The position numbers and the translations under genes were made by a program. The notes beneath the pieces are model-generated. The model worked only from the letters and a program-made list of their open reading frames with translations, did no database searches and was not told where the DNA came from. A DNA stretch of 64,000 nucleotides from an uncultured Alphaproteobacteria bacterium (lineage in GTDB: Bacteria > Pseudomonadota > Alphaproteobacteria > UBA6615), in the NCBI GenBank assembly GCA_964276015.1, contig CAXYDO010000009.1, positions 60,738 through 124,737 of the forward strand. Reading direction: 5' to 3'. Shown piece by piece: positions 27,070-39,139 of the stretch. Positions within the stretch are counted from its first letter, which is position 1. Every line of letters starts with the position of its first letter.

Positions 27070-27372
27070 CTATTGAGACATTAGTGCCATCAATCCAGCA
27101 CCCAAGAAGAGAAGTCCAATAACAGAAAAAATAAGACTTAAATAACTTATTATTAATCCAGCGAGCGCCATCCCCGACCCTGTTTCAGCTCCCCCACTAC
27201 GCCTAATTTGGGACCTCGCTATATGCCCACATATGATTGCGGCAATTTGGGCAACAATTGGTATAATAAAGGTTGCAAGAACTCCAAGCAGCGATAGTAC
27301 CAAGGAGATAATCGACAATACATTTGTTTTGGGGGTGGTTAACCTGTGATCTAATATTTTATGTTCTGTCAT
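27070..27372 (-). CDS. Small membrane protein (DUF4190-like), 100 aa
   Basis: AAGGAAGAG RBS. Two long hydrophobic segments flank [26 protein letters not shown], a pattern I associate with DUF4190. Confidence 0.55.
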   Translation of the reverse strand: MTEHKILDHRLTTPKTNVLSIISLVLSLLGVLATFIIPIVAQIAAIICGHIARSQIRRSGGAETGSGMALAGLIISYLSLIFSVIGLLFLGAGLMALMSQ

Positions 27373-27551
27373 AACTCTTCCTTACCCAAACTCACCCTCA
27401 CACTTCTATGAAGCACGGCAATCGTCAAGCAGATGGTAGCGGGAACGGACCTGCATAAGATACAAGCGCAGAGTTTCTACCGCACGTGCTCACCTACCTG
27501 CAACCCGCAGTGGGTGTGAGATTATTACCTGAAAGTGGGTCCTTTCGGCGG

Positions 27552-27579
27552 TTGACACCGGCGGCTGGCGGCGTATAGT
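27552..27579 (+). promoter_or_regulatory. Sigma70-type promoter of rplU-rpmA
   Basis: TTGACA (27552-27557), 16 nt, TATAGT (27574-27579); about 120 nt upstream of the rplU ATG. Confidence 0.5.
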
Positions 27580-27701
27580 CCGCCCGCATTCGATGGATCG
27601 CTGGAGAAATTCGCGGTCCGCCTTGTTTTTGCTGGAACATTCGGCACTTTGAGCCCCTGCATTTGGGGGCGCATTGGCCGCGAATAGACGGATCCGGATT
27701 T

Positions 27702-28109
27702 ATGTACGCAGTTATTCAGACCGGCGGTAAACAGTATCGCGTTGCTAATGGCGATGTGATCACCGTTGAGAAGCTCGAAGGCGATGCTGGCGCAACGCTG
27801 GCGATTGAGCCTGTATTGATGGTCAATGATGGCAAGGCGAGCCAGGTTGGCGCGCCGGTTGTCGAGGGGGCTTCGGTCACCGCCGAGGTGGTCGAACAGA
27901 CCCGCGGCAAGAAGATCATCGTGTTCAAGAAAAAGCGTCGGCAGGGTTATCGCCGCACCATGGGCCATCGCCAGGAACTTACGGTTCTGCGGGTGCTCGA
28001 TGTGACCGGCAAGCCGGCGACTAAGAAAAAGGCAGCGGCGAAAAAGCCGGCTGCAGCGAAAGCAGATGCTGCCCCGGCCGATGACGCTTCGAGCGAAGAC
28101 AAGGAGTAG
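27702..28109 (+). CDS. rplU: 50S ribosomal protein L21 (with Lys/Ala-rich C-terminal extension)
   Basis: [25 protein letters not shown]... Confidence 0.95.
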   Translation: MYAVIQTGGKQYRVANGDVITVEKLEGDAGATLAIEPVLMVNDGKASQVGAPVVEGASVTAEVVEQTRGKKIIVFKKKRRQGYRRTMGHRQELTVLRVLDVTGKPATKKKAAAKKPAAAKADAAPADDASSEDKE

Positions 28110-28115
28110 TTCGAA

Positions 28116-28394
28116 ATGGCACATAAAAAGGCAGGCGGTAGCTCACGTAACGGTCGCGATTCAGCGGGCCGGCGTCTCGGCGTCAAAAAGTTTGGCGGCG
28201 AAGAAGTCATCTCCGGCAACATCATCATTCGCCAGCGTGGAACCAAGTATCACCCCGGTGAGCATGTTGGCATTGGCAAGGATCACACGATCTTCGCCGT
28301 GGTCGAAGGCAAGGTAGAGTTCTCCCGTCGTAGCGGTGGACGGACCTATGTTTCCGTTGTCCCGGCAGAGGACATGGCGGTCGCCGCCGAATAA
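28116..28394 (+). CDS. rpmA: 50S ribosomal protein L27
   Basis: [29 protein letters not shown]... Confidence 0.95.
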   Translation: MAHKKAGGSSRNGRDSAGRRLGVKKFGGEEVISGNIIIRQRGTKYHPGEHVGIGKDHTIFAVVEGKVEFSRRSGGRTYVSVVPAEDMAVAAE

Positions 28395-30685
<2,291 letters not shown>

Positions 30686-30689
30686 TGCC

Positions 30690-31595
30690 ATGCCGGGTTT
30701 CTCCCCGCGCCATGCAGTGCTCTACGCGGTTGTCCTGATCGCGGCGATGTTGGCCGTGGCCCATGCGGCCATTTTCGTGCGCCTGGCCGATGCGGACCCG
30801 CTGGTGACCGCCGCTTACCGTATGCTGATCGCGGCTCTGGCCCTGCTGCCTTTTGCGCTTATGCTTGCGCGTGATCAAATCCGTGCCCTGACGATCCGCG
30901 AATGGGGATTGATCGCTGTCGCCTCTGTTTTCCTGGCCCTGCATTTTGCTGCTTGGATCGAAGGGGTGGCGCGAACCTCGATCGCCAACGCGGTGGTGCT
31001 GGTCACTCTGACCCCGGTCTGGCTCGCGCTTTGGTCCGCACTTACGCTTCGGAAATCTCCGGGCTGGCGCATTTGGCTGGCCGTCGGCCTGGCCGTTGGC
31101 GGTGGCGCGGTAATGGCCTGGGGCAGTGTGCAGATCGGCGTGGCGACATTGATCGGTGACGGGCTTGCCCTGGCGGGTGGAATTTTGTTTGCGGCGTTTT
31201 TCCTGGTGACCGACAAGGCACGCCGCAGCGTCGGGTTGGTGGCGTTCATCACGCTTGTGTATGCCGGCGCGGCGGTGTTGCTCTGGATTCCGGTCCTGGC
31301 GCTTGATTTGCCGGTTGCCGGCTTCTCTCGGGAGACCTATTTCGCCCTTGTCGCCATCGGATTGATCAGCCAGGTGGTGGGGCATTCCGGTTTCAACTGG
31401 GCGGTGCGGACCATTTCCCCGATGTTCCTGGCGCTGCTGTTTCTGGCGGAGCCCATTTTGAGCACGGCGCTGGGCTGGATCTATTTTCGCGAGGGGTTTG
31501 GTCTTGAGACGGTTCTCGGTGGCGGTTTGATACTGGGCGCGATCTATCTGGGCATGGGCAGTGCGCGTGTGAATCAGAGCACGCAAACAAGGTGA
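30690..31595 (+). CDS. DMT (EamA-like) family transporter
   Basis: About 10 TM helices. The start is taken at ATG 30690 (the ORF track uses TTG 30675). Confidence 0.8.
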   Translation: MPGFSPRHAVLYAVVLIAAMLAVAHAAIFVRLADADPLVTAAYRMLIAALALLPFALMLARDQIRALTIREWGLIAVASVFLALHFAAWIEGVARTSIANAVVLVTLTPVWLALWSALTLRKSPGWRIWLAVGLAVGGGAVMAWGSVQIGVATLIGDGLALAGGILFAAFFLVTDKARRSVGLVAFITLVYAGAAVLLWIPVLALDLPVAGFSRETYFALVAIGLISQVVGHSGFNWAVRTISPMFLALLFLAEPILSTALGWIYFREGFGLETVLGGGLILGAIYLGMGSARVNQSTQTR

Positions 31596-31655
31596 ATTTC
31601 ACAGCCGGATTGACTATCGTCGCCCGGACAGACCGATAGTGGTCGGAGAAAAGAT

Positions 31656-32942
31656 ATGACGGCAGCACATGAAGTGTCGGCGGATTCGAAAATCCACGAC
31701 ATGATGAACGACATCGGCGCGGCCGCGAAAGCTGCTGGCCTGGAGTTGGCCAATGCCTCTTCGGAGATAAAAAATGCTGCGTTGCGGGCGGCCGCAGATG
31801 CGGTGCGGGCGCGCAAGGATGAGATCCTTGCTGCCAATGAGAGTGACGTCACCAAGGGGCAAGCTAACGGCGTGAAGGGGTCTTTCCTTGACCGGATGGT
31901 GCTCGACGGCGCCCGGGTCGAGGCCATGGCGAAAGGTCTCGAGGATGTGGCGGCACTTCCAGACCCCATCGGTACGATTCTGGCCGAATGGGACCGTCCC
32001 AACGGGTTGAAGATTGCCCGGGTGCGGGTGCCACTCGGGGTAATCGGGGTGATCTATGAATCCCGTCCGAACGTGACCGCAGATGCGGGCGGCTTGTGCG
32101 TCAAAGCCGGCAATGCGGCGATTTTGCGCGGTGGTTCGGAAAGCTTTGCGACCTCAAATGTGATCCTGGCCTGTTTGCAGCAAGGTTTTGCGTTGGCAGG
32201 TCTCCCGGCGGCTGCCGTTCAGGCGCCCGCGACCACGGACCGCGAGGCTGTGGGGGCGTTGCTGCGCATGAACGAATATGTCGATGTGATTGTACCCCGG
32301 GGGGGGAAATCATTGATCGAGCGGGTGCAGACCGAAAGCCGAATTCCGGTGTTCGCCCATCTCGAAGGTCTTTGTCACACCTATATCCATGCTAAAGCAG
32401 ACCCGCAGATGGCGCGTGAGATTGTCCTCAACGCAAAAATGCGCCGGACGGGAATTTGCGGAGCCACTGAAACAGTCCTGATCGATCGCGCAATCGCCGC
32501 GGATTTGCTGGCTGGAATTGTTGATGATCTTGCTGCGGCCGGATGCGAAATACGCGGCGACATGGAAGCGCGTACCATCGATGATCGGATCGTTCCGGCC
32601 AGTGATGCAGACTGGGACACGGAATATCTCGATGCCATCGTGGCGGTGCGGGTGGTCGACGATGTGGATGGCGCGATTGATCACGTGAACAAACATGGTT
32701 CGAGCCACACCGATGCCATCGTCACGGCTGATGAAGCCGCCGCCGAGCGGTTCCTTAACCGGGTCGATAGCGGGATCGTGCTGCACAATGCCTCGACGCA
32801 GTTTGCCGATGGGGGCGAGTTCGGTATGGGCGCGGAAATTGGTATCTCGACGGGCAAGATGCACGCCCGCGGTCCGGTCGGAGCCGAGCAGCTGACAAGC
32901 TACAAATATGTCGTGCGTGGCGCCGGCCAGGTCCGACCCTGA
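31656..32942 (+). CDS. proA: Glutamate-5-semialdehyde dehydrogenase
   Basis: 428 aa; typical ProA sequence (...[11 protein letters not shown]...ILRGGSE...). Confidence 0.93.
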   Translation: MTAAHEVSADSKIHDMMNDIGAAAKAAGLELANASSEIKNAALRAAADAVRARKDEILAANESDVTKGQANGVKGSFLDRMVLDGARVEAMAKGLEDVAALPDPIGTILAEWDRPNGLKIARVRVPLGVIGVIYESRPNVTADAGGLCVKAGNAAILRGGSESFATSNVILACLQQGFALAGLPAAAVQAPATTDREAVGALLRMNEYVDVIVPRGGKSLIERVQTESRIPVFAHLEGLCHTYIHAKADPQMAREIVLNAKMRRTGICGATETVLIDRAIAADLLAGIVDDLAAAGCEIRGDMEARTIDDRIVPASDADWDTEYLDAIVAVRVVDDVDGAIDHVNKHGSSHTDAIVTADEAAAERFLNRVDSGIVLHNASTQFADGGEFGMGAEIGISTGKMHARGPVGAEQLTSYKYVVRGAGQVRP

Positions 32943-32958
32943 GCCCGGGCGACCCAGG

Positions 32959-33591
32959 ATGTTGAACCCTATGACCTTCTCGGACCGGGCGGGGGCATTT
33001 GCACACCAGAACCGCCGAATCGGTCTGCTCGGCGGCTCGTTCAACCCGGCACACGAAGGGCACCTCTATATCAGCGTTGAGGCGTTGAAGCGGCTTGCGC
33101 TTGATGAGGTCTGGTGGCTGGTTTCGCCCCAGAACCCCATGAAGCCGGCAGCGGGTATGGCTTCCTTTGAGGCGCGCCTTGACTCTGCTCGTAAAGTCGC
33201 GCGGCACCCGAGAATCCGGGTCTCAGCGCTTGAGGCGGAACTAAGAACACGGTATACGGCGGACACGCTGGCAGCGCTTATCCAGCGTTATTCTGCGGCG
33301 CGGTTTGTCTGGTTGATGGGCGCCGACAATCTATTGCAGATCCCGCAATGGCGGGATTGGTCAGAAATATTTAACACGGTGCCCATTGCCGTCTTTGCGC
33401 GTGATTCATATGATTCACATGCATTGTCGGAAAAGGCGGCCCATCGTTTTCGGGCCACCAGGTTTCCGGCCAGCGCAGCCAAGGTCCTTGCTGACGCCGC
33501 ACCGCCTGCCTGGGTGTTTTTACGAATTAGGTCTCATCCGGCAACCGCTACGCAATTGCGACAGTCCGGTGAGTGGCCGAAAAGAACATAA
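32959..33591 (+). CDS. nadD: Nicotinate-nucleotide adenylyltransferase
   Basis: GLLGGSFNPAHEGH motif. The start is uncertain (ATG 32908 overlaps proA; ATG 32959 preferred). Confidence 0.85.
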   Translation: MLNPMTFSDRAGAFAHQNRRIGLLGGSFNPAHEGHLYISVEALKRLALDEVWWLVSPQNPMKPAAGMASFEARLDSARKVARHPRIRVSALEAELRTRYTADTLAALIQRYSAARFVWLMGADNLLQIPQWRDWSEIFNTVPIAVFARDSYDSHALSEKAAHRFRATRFPASAAKVLADAAPPAWVFLRIRSHPATATQLRQSGEWPKRT

Positions 33592-34049
33592 ACTGGGCCT
33601 GGCCCAAACCGGCTCTGGCTCAAATCGAAGAGGCACAGCTTGCACGCGAGGATTTCGTCATAGTACGACAGGGTAAGGCTACACCGCGGCCAACAGCGGC
33701 AGAAACACTGGCCCTCATTGAGGAAGCTCTTGATGATGACAAGGCCGATGAGATCACGACAATCGACTTGAGCGGGAAATCGGATATCGCGGACTACATG
33801 GTGGTCGCGAGCGGTACGTCTTCGAGACGCCTTGATTCGATGACGGATCATCTTCTTGTAAAACTGAAATCGTCCGGTGTTCTTGGCTGTCAGGCCGAAG
33901 GACGGCGCACTGATTGGGTGTTGATCGATGCTGTGGACGTCATCGTTCATCTGTTTCGTCCCGAAATGCGCGAGCTCTACGCGATCGAGAAGCTTTGGGA
34001 GGTCGACTTCTTTCGGGAACGGGCGGCTCAGGACGTGGTGACGGTCTAG
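33573..34049 (+). CDS. rsfS: Ribosome silencing factor RsfS
   Basis: ...ADYMVVASGTSSRRLDSM...VLIDAVDVIVHLFRPEMRELYAIEKLW, the RsfS signature. Canonical position after nadD. Confidence 0.85.
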   Translation: MAEKNINWAWPKPALAQIEEAQLAREDFVIVRQGKATPRPTAAETLALIEEALDDDKADEITTIDLSGKSDIADYMVVASGTSSRRLDSMTDHLLVKLKSSGVLGCQAEGRRTDWVLIDAVDVIVHLFRPEMRELYAIEKLWEVDFFRERAAQDVVTV

Positions 34050-34067
34050 CACCGGGAGCATCGTCGA

Positions 34068-34529
34068 ATGCGTATTCAGGTTGCCGCGGTCGGACGCGCG
34101 CGGGCGGGGCCTGAGGCCGCGCTTTTCGTGCATTTCTCACAGCGGATCAATGTCTGGCCCTTCGAATTGCGCGAGGTGGATCTCAAACGCAATGTCCCCG
34201 CAGGGCAGTCCTCTGCTGCTGAGGGCGAATTACTCCTGGCCGCGCTGCCCGACGGTGCGCACGTGGTCGCTCTGGATGAGGGTGGTAAGCAGCTCTCCAG
34301 CGAAGAGATCGCGGGCATGATGGGAGATTTGCAGGATTCAGGGTGTCGCGACGTCGCCTTTCTGATCGGGGGGGCCGATGGGCATTCCCCGACCGTTTTG
34401 GCGCGGGCGGACCGCAAGCTGGCCTTCGGTCACAACACCTGGCCCCATATGCTGGTGCGTGGGCTGCTCGCGGAACAGATTTACCGGGCGCAGCAAATTC
34501 TCGCCGGGCACCCGTATCATCGCGCGTGA
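34068..34529 (+). CDS. rlmH: 23S rRNA (pseudouridine1915-N3)-methyltransferase RlmH
   Basis: 153 aa; ...FLIGGADGHSP...SFGHNTWPHMLVRGLLAEQIYRA. Confidence 0.9.
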   Translation: MRIQVAAVGRARAGPEAALFVHFSQRINVWPFELREVDLKRNVPAGQSSAAEGELLLAALPDGAHVVALDEGGKQLSSEEIAGMMGDLQDSGCRDVAFLIGGADGHSPTVLARADRKLAFGHNTWPHMLVRGLLAEQIYRAQQILAGHPYHRA

Positions 34530-34617
34530 TCGCCGCGCGTGACGCTGGCGGGAACCGGGAGAATCGGGCAGAACAGCGTGCACAGTGATCAACCCATGCC
34601 GCGACAGGAACCAGCGG

Positions 34618-35259
34618 ATGAACCATCTTATTATTACACGCCATGGCCAAAGTCAGTGGAACCTCGAGAACCGGTTTACCGGTTGGGAGGACGTCGATCT
34701 GACCGATGTGGGTGTGGCGGAAGCCAAGCGCGCGGGCGAGTTGATCAAGGATTTCACGATCGACGCGGTTTATTCGTCGACCCTGAAACGCGCCAAGCGA
34801 ACCGTCAAACTGGCCCTAGATTCCGCCGCGGAGGCCGGCGCAAATTTTGATCACTTGCGTGACGGAGACGGCTGGGGCGTGACCTGCGATGACGATCTGC
34901 GGGAGCGGCATTACGGCGATCTTGTGGGCTTGAACAAGGCCGAAACAGCTGAGAAATACGGGGACGAACAGGTTCATCTCTGGCGTCGTGGTTTTGAGGT
35001 TCGTCCGCCAAACGGGGAAAGCCTCGCCGATGTGGTCGTCCGGGTGCGGCCCTGTTACGAGGCGCACATTGCGCCCTTGCTGGAAGCTGGGAAGAACGTC
35101 CTGGTGTCAGCTCATGGTAATAGCCTGCGCGCCTTGCTGCTGATCCTCGGCGAATACACCGAAGAGGAAATCACCGGGGTGGAGCTGCCGACCGGACGGC
35201 CGTTGGTTTTTGATTTCGAGAATGGCACGAAGCAGAAGAGTTATTATCTCGGTGCTTAG
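34618..35259 (+). CDS. gpmA: 2,3-bisphosphoglycerate-dependent phosphoglycerate mutase
   Basis: MNHLIITRHGQSQWNLENRFTGW, with the RHG catalytic motif. Confidence 0.9.
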   Translation: MNHLIITRHGQSQWNLENRFTGWEDVDLTDVGVAEAKRAGELIKDFTIDAVYSSTLKRAKRTVKLALDSAAEAGANFDHLRDGDGWGVTCDDDLRERHYGDLVGLNKAETAEKYGDEQVHLWRRGFEVRPPNGESLADVVVRVRPCYEAHIAPLLEAGKNVLVSAHGNSLRALLLILGEYTEEEITGVELPTGRPLVFDFENGTKQKSYYLGA

Positions 35260-35269
35260 GCATTGCCGA

Positions 35270-36547
35270 ATGGTGCTGGCTGGCGGGCTCGTGGCGCTTG
35301 TTTTCAGCCTGCTCGCGTCGTTTGCTGTGCAGGCCCAACAAGCTAACCCAACACAAGAACGTCTCGATGACGTACGCGATTCCCTGTTGCGGGATGCCAA
35401 AACTGTCAAAGCACTCGCCCGGGATGCAGAAGACCAGGCACAAGAATTATCCAAAATTCGTAGTGAGATGCGCGCCGCCGCCCACGCGGTTCAGAGCCAT
35501 GAGAATGCGCTCGATGCCCTGGAGAGCGAGCTGGCGCTTCTCGAAGGTGATGCGACCCGCAAGCAAGTGCAATTCGAGAGGCGTCGGCGGACTTTGGGAC
35601 ATACGCTGGCAGCTCTGCAAAGATTATCCTTGCGTCCGACGGCTGCCTTGCTGGTGAGCCCGGGAGACCCCAATGATGTTGTGCGCAGTGGCTTGCTGCT
35701 TCGCACTGCGGTGCCCAAAATTGAAAGCCAGGCGCGACGCCTGCGCACAGATATCGACGAATTGAACGCGGTCCAGTTGCGCATTCAATTGCGCCGCGCC
35801 GCGCTTCAGGTCGCGGCACTCGACCTGAAGCGCGATCGGGACCGCCTGTCGGAATTGTCGAAGGCAAAAGACAAAGTTCTAAACCAGACCCAAAGCGCAC
35901 GTGCGGCGGCAGAAAAACGGGTCAAACAACTGCAATCCGAGGCCCGAACGCTAGAAGAGCTGCTCTTAAATTTGCGTGACAGTACAGTGGCAGCACGCCC
36001 GCAATCGCGACCCAATCAGGGCGAAACCGGGGAAACACTGGTCGCACCTACCCTGAAACCCGCTGGGCCCTCGATTGCCTCGGCGCAGGGGCAGCTCTCC
36101 TTGCCCGCGCAAGGCACGGTGCTCCGGCGATTCGGAGCGAAGACGGAGGCCGGTGCGCGCGCCCATGGGGTAACATGGAAGACGCGTGCAAATGCGTCGG
36201 TGGTCGCGCCCTGGGATGGTCGAATTGTGTTTGCCGGACCATTTCGCCGCTTCGGGCAAATCTTGATCATCGATCACGGCGAGGGATATCATTCACTTAT
36301 CGCAGGTCTCGGCAGGGTCGACGCGCAAATGGACCAATGGGTCCTGGCGGGTGAACCAGTTGGGGCAATGGGCGCCGGTACGAAAGACGCACCGGGGCCG
36401 AACGCGGGTACCAAAAGTGGGGGGCGGGTTTCTCAGGCCCAAAACCGATCGCGCGGACCGACGTTGTATGTTGAGTTCCGACGTGACGGACAACCTATTA
36501 ACCCGCTGCCTTGGTTGGCAGCGCAAACGAACAGGACACAAGGCTGA
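35270..36547 (+). CDS. Murein hydrolase activator EnvC-like (coiled coil plus M23 peptidase domain)
   Basis: Signal/TM segment, long coiled-coil region, and a C-terminal M23 domain (...IVFAGPFRRFGQILIIDHGEGYHSLIAGL...). Confidence 0.8.
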   Translation: MVLAGGLVALVFSLLASFAVQAQQANPTQERLDDVRDSLLRDAKTVKALARDAEDQAQELSKIRSEMRAAAHAVQSHENALDALESELALLEGDATRKQVQFERRRRTLGHTLAALQRLSLRPTAALLVSPGDPNDVVRSGLLLRTAVPKIESQARRLRTDIDELNAVQLRIQLRRAALQVAALDLKRDRDRLSELSKAKDKVLNQTQSARAAAEKRVKQLQSEARTLEELLLNLRDSTVAARPQSRPNQGETGETLVAPTLKPAGPSIASAQGQLSLPAQGTVLRRFGAKTEAGARAHGVTWKTRANASVVAPWDGRIVFAGPFRRFGQILIIDHGEGYHSLIAGLGRVDAQMDQWVLAGEPVGAMGAGTKDAPGPNAGTKSGGRVSQAQNRSRGPTLYVEFRRDGQPINPLPWLAAQTNRTQG

Positions 36548-37818
36548 TGCGTAAATTATTTTCGGTGGTCGCGTTTTCGACCATGCTCGCCATCGCGCCG
36601 GCAGTTGCGATTGCCGCAGAATCCGATGAGGAAACATTTCGTCAGCTCGAACTTTTCGGCGACATCTTCGAGCGCGTGCGCGCGCAGTATGTCGATGAAG
36701 AGGCGGACAAGGATCTGATCGAAGCGGCCATCAATGGCATGCTCCAGTCACTCGACCCCCATTCGAGCTATCTCAACGAAGATAGTTTTCGCGACATGCA
36801 AGTGCAGACCCGCGGTGAATTCGGTGGTCTCGGGATTGAAGTGACCATGGAGCAGGGGCTGGTTCGTGTGGTTTCACCGATCGATGAAACTCCGGCAGCA
36901 CGTGCGGGAATTGAGGCCGGTGACTTCATCACTCATCTCGACGGTGAAAGCGTTCTTGGGCTCACCCTTTCGGACGCAGTCGATAAGATGCGGGGCCGGG
37001 TCGGCTCGGATATCGACCTGACCATTCGCCGTGAAGGTAAGGACGCTTTTGACGTGACGGTGACCCGGGATGTTGTGCGCATCCGCTCGGTCCGTTCGCG
37101 AGTCGAGGGTAAAGCTGGATATATCAGGGTTACCACCTTCAACGAACAGACGATGGAGGGCGTGGAATCGTCAATGGAGTCCCTGAAGGCGGAGCTTGGG
37201 GATGACATTATTGGGGTTGTTCTCGACCTGCGTCGTAACCCCGGTGGGCTGCTCGACCAGGCCGTAAAGGTCTCGGATGCGTTTCTGGATCGTGGAGAAA
37301 TCGTATCGACCCGGGGCCGGAAGGTCGACGACTCCCAACGTTTCAACGCCAAAAAGGGTGACCTCGCCGAGGGGCTGCCGATGGTTGTGTTGATTAACGG
37401 TGGTTCAGCTTCGGCGTCGGAGATTGTTGCGGGCGCCCTGCAGGATCACAGCCGCGCTGTCATTATGGGGACCACAAGCTTTGGCAAGGGCTCGGTGCAG
37501 ACCATTATGCCAATCGGCAATCACGGGGCCCTGCGCCTGACCACAGCGGCATATTTCACGCCGAGTGGTCGCTCGATCCAGAAAACAGGTATCACGCCGG
37601 ATATCATCGTTGAGCAGGCGCAGGTGCAAGAAGCTGCGGCAACCGGTGGGGTGCGCGAAAGCGATTTACGAAATGCGCGGGATAATGAAGGAACCGAGCA
37701 ACCTGACGAGGCAGCAGCAGAATCGACCGAAACCGCCGCTCAGCAGGACTATCAGCTCGCGCGGGCTCTGGATCTTCTAAAAGGTATCGCGACTTATAAT
37801 GTCCGGGTTACCAACTGA
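36547..37818 (+). CDS. ctpA: S41 family carboxy-terminal processing peptidase
   Basis: The ATG overlaps the envC-like stop (ATGA). PDZ region, and GGSASASEIVAGALQD with the catalytic Ser. Confidence 0.9.
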   Translation: MRKLFSVVAFSTMLAIAPAVAIAAESDEETFRQLELFGDIFERVRAQYVDEEADKDLIEAAINGMLQSLDPHSSYLNEDSFRDMQVQTRGEFGGLGIEVTMEQGLVRVVSPIDETPAARAGIEAGDFITHLDGESVLGLTLSDAVDKMRGRVGSDIDLTIRREGKDAFDVTVTRDVVRIRSVRSRVEGKAGYIRVTTFNEQTMEGVESSMESLKAELGDDIIGVVLDLRRNPGGLLDQAVKVSDAFLDRGEIVSTRGRKVDDSQRFNAKKGDLAEGLPMVVLINGGSASASEIVAGALQDHSRAVIMGTTSFGKGSVQTIMPIGNHGALRLTTAAYFTPSGRSIQKTGITPDIIVEQAQVQEAAATGGVRESDLRNARDNEGTEQPDEAAAESTETAAQQDYQLARALDLLKGIATYNVRVTN

Positions 37819-37849
37819 CCGTTAAACAGTTTCCGGTACCTTACCGACA

Positions 37850-39139
37850 ATGAACGACGAGACGAACAATCAGCCTTCAAGAATGAGCGGCGTGGCCATC
37901 CTCCCATGGACGGTCTCGTTCGTTCTGTTGCTGGTGTTCGGCGGTACGCTGGCCATGGTGGGGTTTGGATTTACCGCGGACCCACAACCGGCGCCGGAAA
38001 TGGCCACCACGGAGCCACCTGCTCACGCGGAGGCCCAACAGCCGGCGGAGACGGAGCATACATCTGCCGCTGAATATCCATCAGCAGAACACCCATCGGC
38101 AGAACATCCGCCAGCAGAGGATAAGCCCACAACCCACGCCCCGACCCCGGCACCTCCTGCGGCGATGGAAGCTCCAACGCCTGAGGTTACTCATACGGCC
38201 CCGCCGGTGCCGCCAGTAACGCCGACAGCGTCAGCAGCGACAGAAGCTCCTGCCGTTCCCGAGGGGGCTGCGGTGCCGCCTGCGCCGCCTGCACCACAGG
38301 TTGCTGTGGTGCCGCGAAACTCGGAACGGTCCCTGGCCCCGGCCCCTGACCCCGGATTGGTGGAGAGCTTCCCCCAGGGGCCATTGCCGAAGATCGGGCC
38401 GGACGGCCGCGAGCCCTGGAAGGTCTATGCGCGCCCGTTCAATGGGAGTGACAAGCGACCGCGTGTCGCGATCATTCTTGGTGGACTTGGACTGTCGAGT
38501 GCGGCAACCGAAGCTGCGATACAAGGGCTTCCGAGCGCTGTCACGTTGGCCTATCAGCCCTTTGCAGACAATATTCTGCAGTGGATTCGTCTATCCCGCG
38601 CAGCGGGTCATGAGGTCCTTCTTAACCTGCCCATGGAGCCGGTCGATTTTCCGGCCAATGACCCCGGCCCGCGCGCTTTGTTCGTCACCTTGTCTCCGGA
38701 AGAAAACCAGGACCGGCTGCGCTGGGCCTTGTCACGAGTGTCAGGCTATGTCGGCGTGATGAACCATATGGGGTCCCGTTTCACGATTTCGCGCGATGCG
38801 ATGCACCCCATATTGGCAGAGCTCAAGGCACGAGGGTTGTTGTTTGTCGACGCCCGGTCGGCCGCGCGTAGCGTGGCCACTGTAATGGCGTCGGAAATGC
38901 AGGTGCCTCGGGCGATCAACGACCGGTTCCTGGATAACCGCGAGGTCTCCCGTGCCTCTGTCGATGCGCGGCTGGCCGAAGTGGAGCGAATTGCCAAGGA
39001 AGCAGGTGTGTCGATCGCCATCGGTCAGGCCTTTCCTGTGACCATTGAACGGATTGCGGAATGGGCCCGTACGCTGGAAGACAAGGGGATTGCGTTGGTG
39101 CCGATTTCAGCCGTTGTGGACCGGCAGTCCGACCGGTGA
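37850..39139 (+). CDS. Divergent polysaccharide deacetylase family protein (YibQ-like) with a Pro/Ala/Glu-rich linker
   Basis: N-terminal TM segment, low-complexity region, and a C-terminal RVAIILGGLGLS...LAYQPF... domain. Confidence 0.75.
   Translation: MNDETNNQPSRMSGVAILPWTVSFVLLLVFGGTLAMVGFGFTADPQPAPEMATTEPPAHAEAQQPAETEHTSAAEYPSAEHPSAEHPPAEDKPTTHAPTPAPPAAMEAPTPEVTHTAPPVPPVTPTASAATEAPAVPEGAAVPPAPPAPQVAVVPRNSERSLAPAPDPGLVESFPQGPLPKIGPDGREPWKVYARPFNGSDKRPRVAIILGGLGLSSAATEAAIQGLPSAVTLAYQPFADNILQWIRLSRAAGHEVLLNLPMEPVDFPANDPGPRALFVTLSPEENQDRLRWALSRVSGYVGVMNHMGSRFTISRDAMHPILAELKARGLLFVDARSAARSVATVMASEMQVPRAINDRFLDNREVSRASVDARLAEVERIAKEAGVSIAIGQAFPVTIERIAEWARTLEDKGIALVPISAVVDRQSDR

Larger units (their letters stand above)
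23865..27530. mobile_element. AT-rich accessory islet: degenerate integrated element or cassette array between tRNA-Ser and the rplU promoter
   Basis: Sharp compositional drop. Hand-counted 60-nt lines give about 20-37% GC inside the 140-aa ORF, against about 70% in the flanking cmcJ-like gene. All ORFs are small and on the minus strand. Internal duplications and a recombinase relic are present. No intact integrase. Confidence 0.55.

Noticed and set aside
27434-27508. A 75-nt minus-strand segment ending in CCA, with GCGGG...CCCGC terminal pairing, that looked tRNA-like at the rplU-proximal edge of the islet.
   Set aside because: It cannot be folded into a cloverleaf. There is no GTTCGAATC-type T-loop and no proper D-arm, the acceptor pairing is only 5 bp, and there is a 5-nt tail. 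The resemblance is likely fortuitous.
23865-27530. Calling the islet a prophage or an integrative conjugative element.
   Set aside because: It is too small (about 3.6 kb). It has no integrase, no structural, replication or transfer genes, and no tRNA-derived direct repeat that I could find at the far end. Only the term degenerate accessory islet is supportable.
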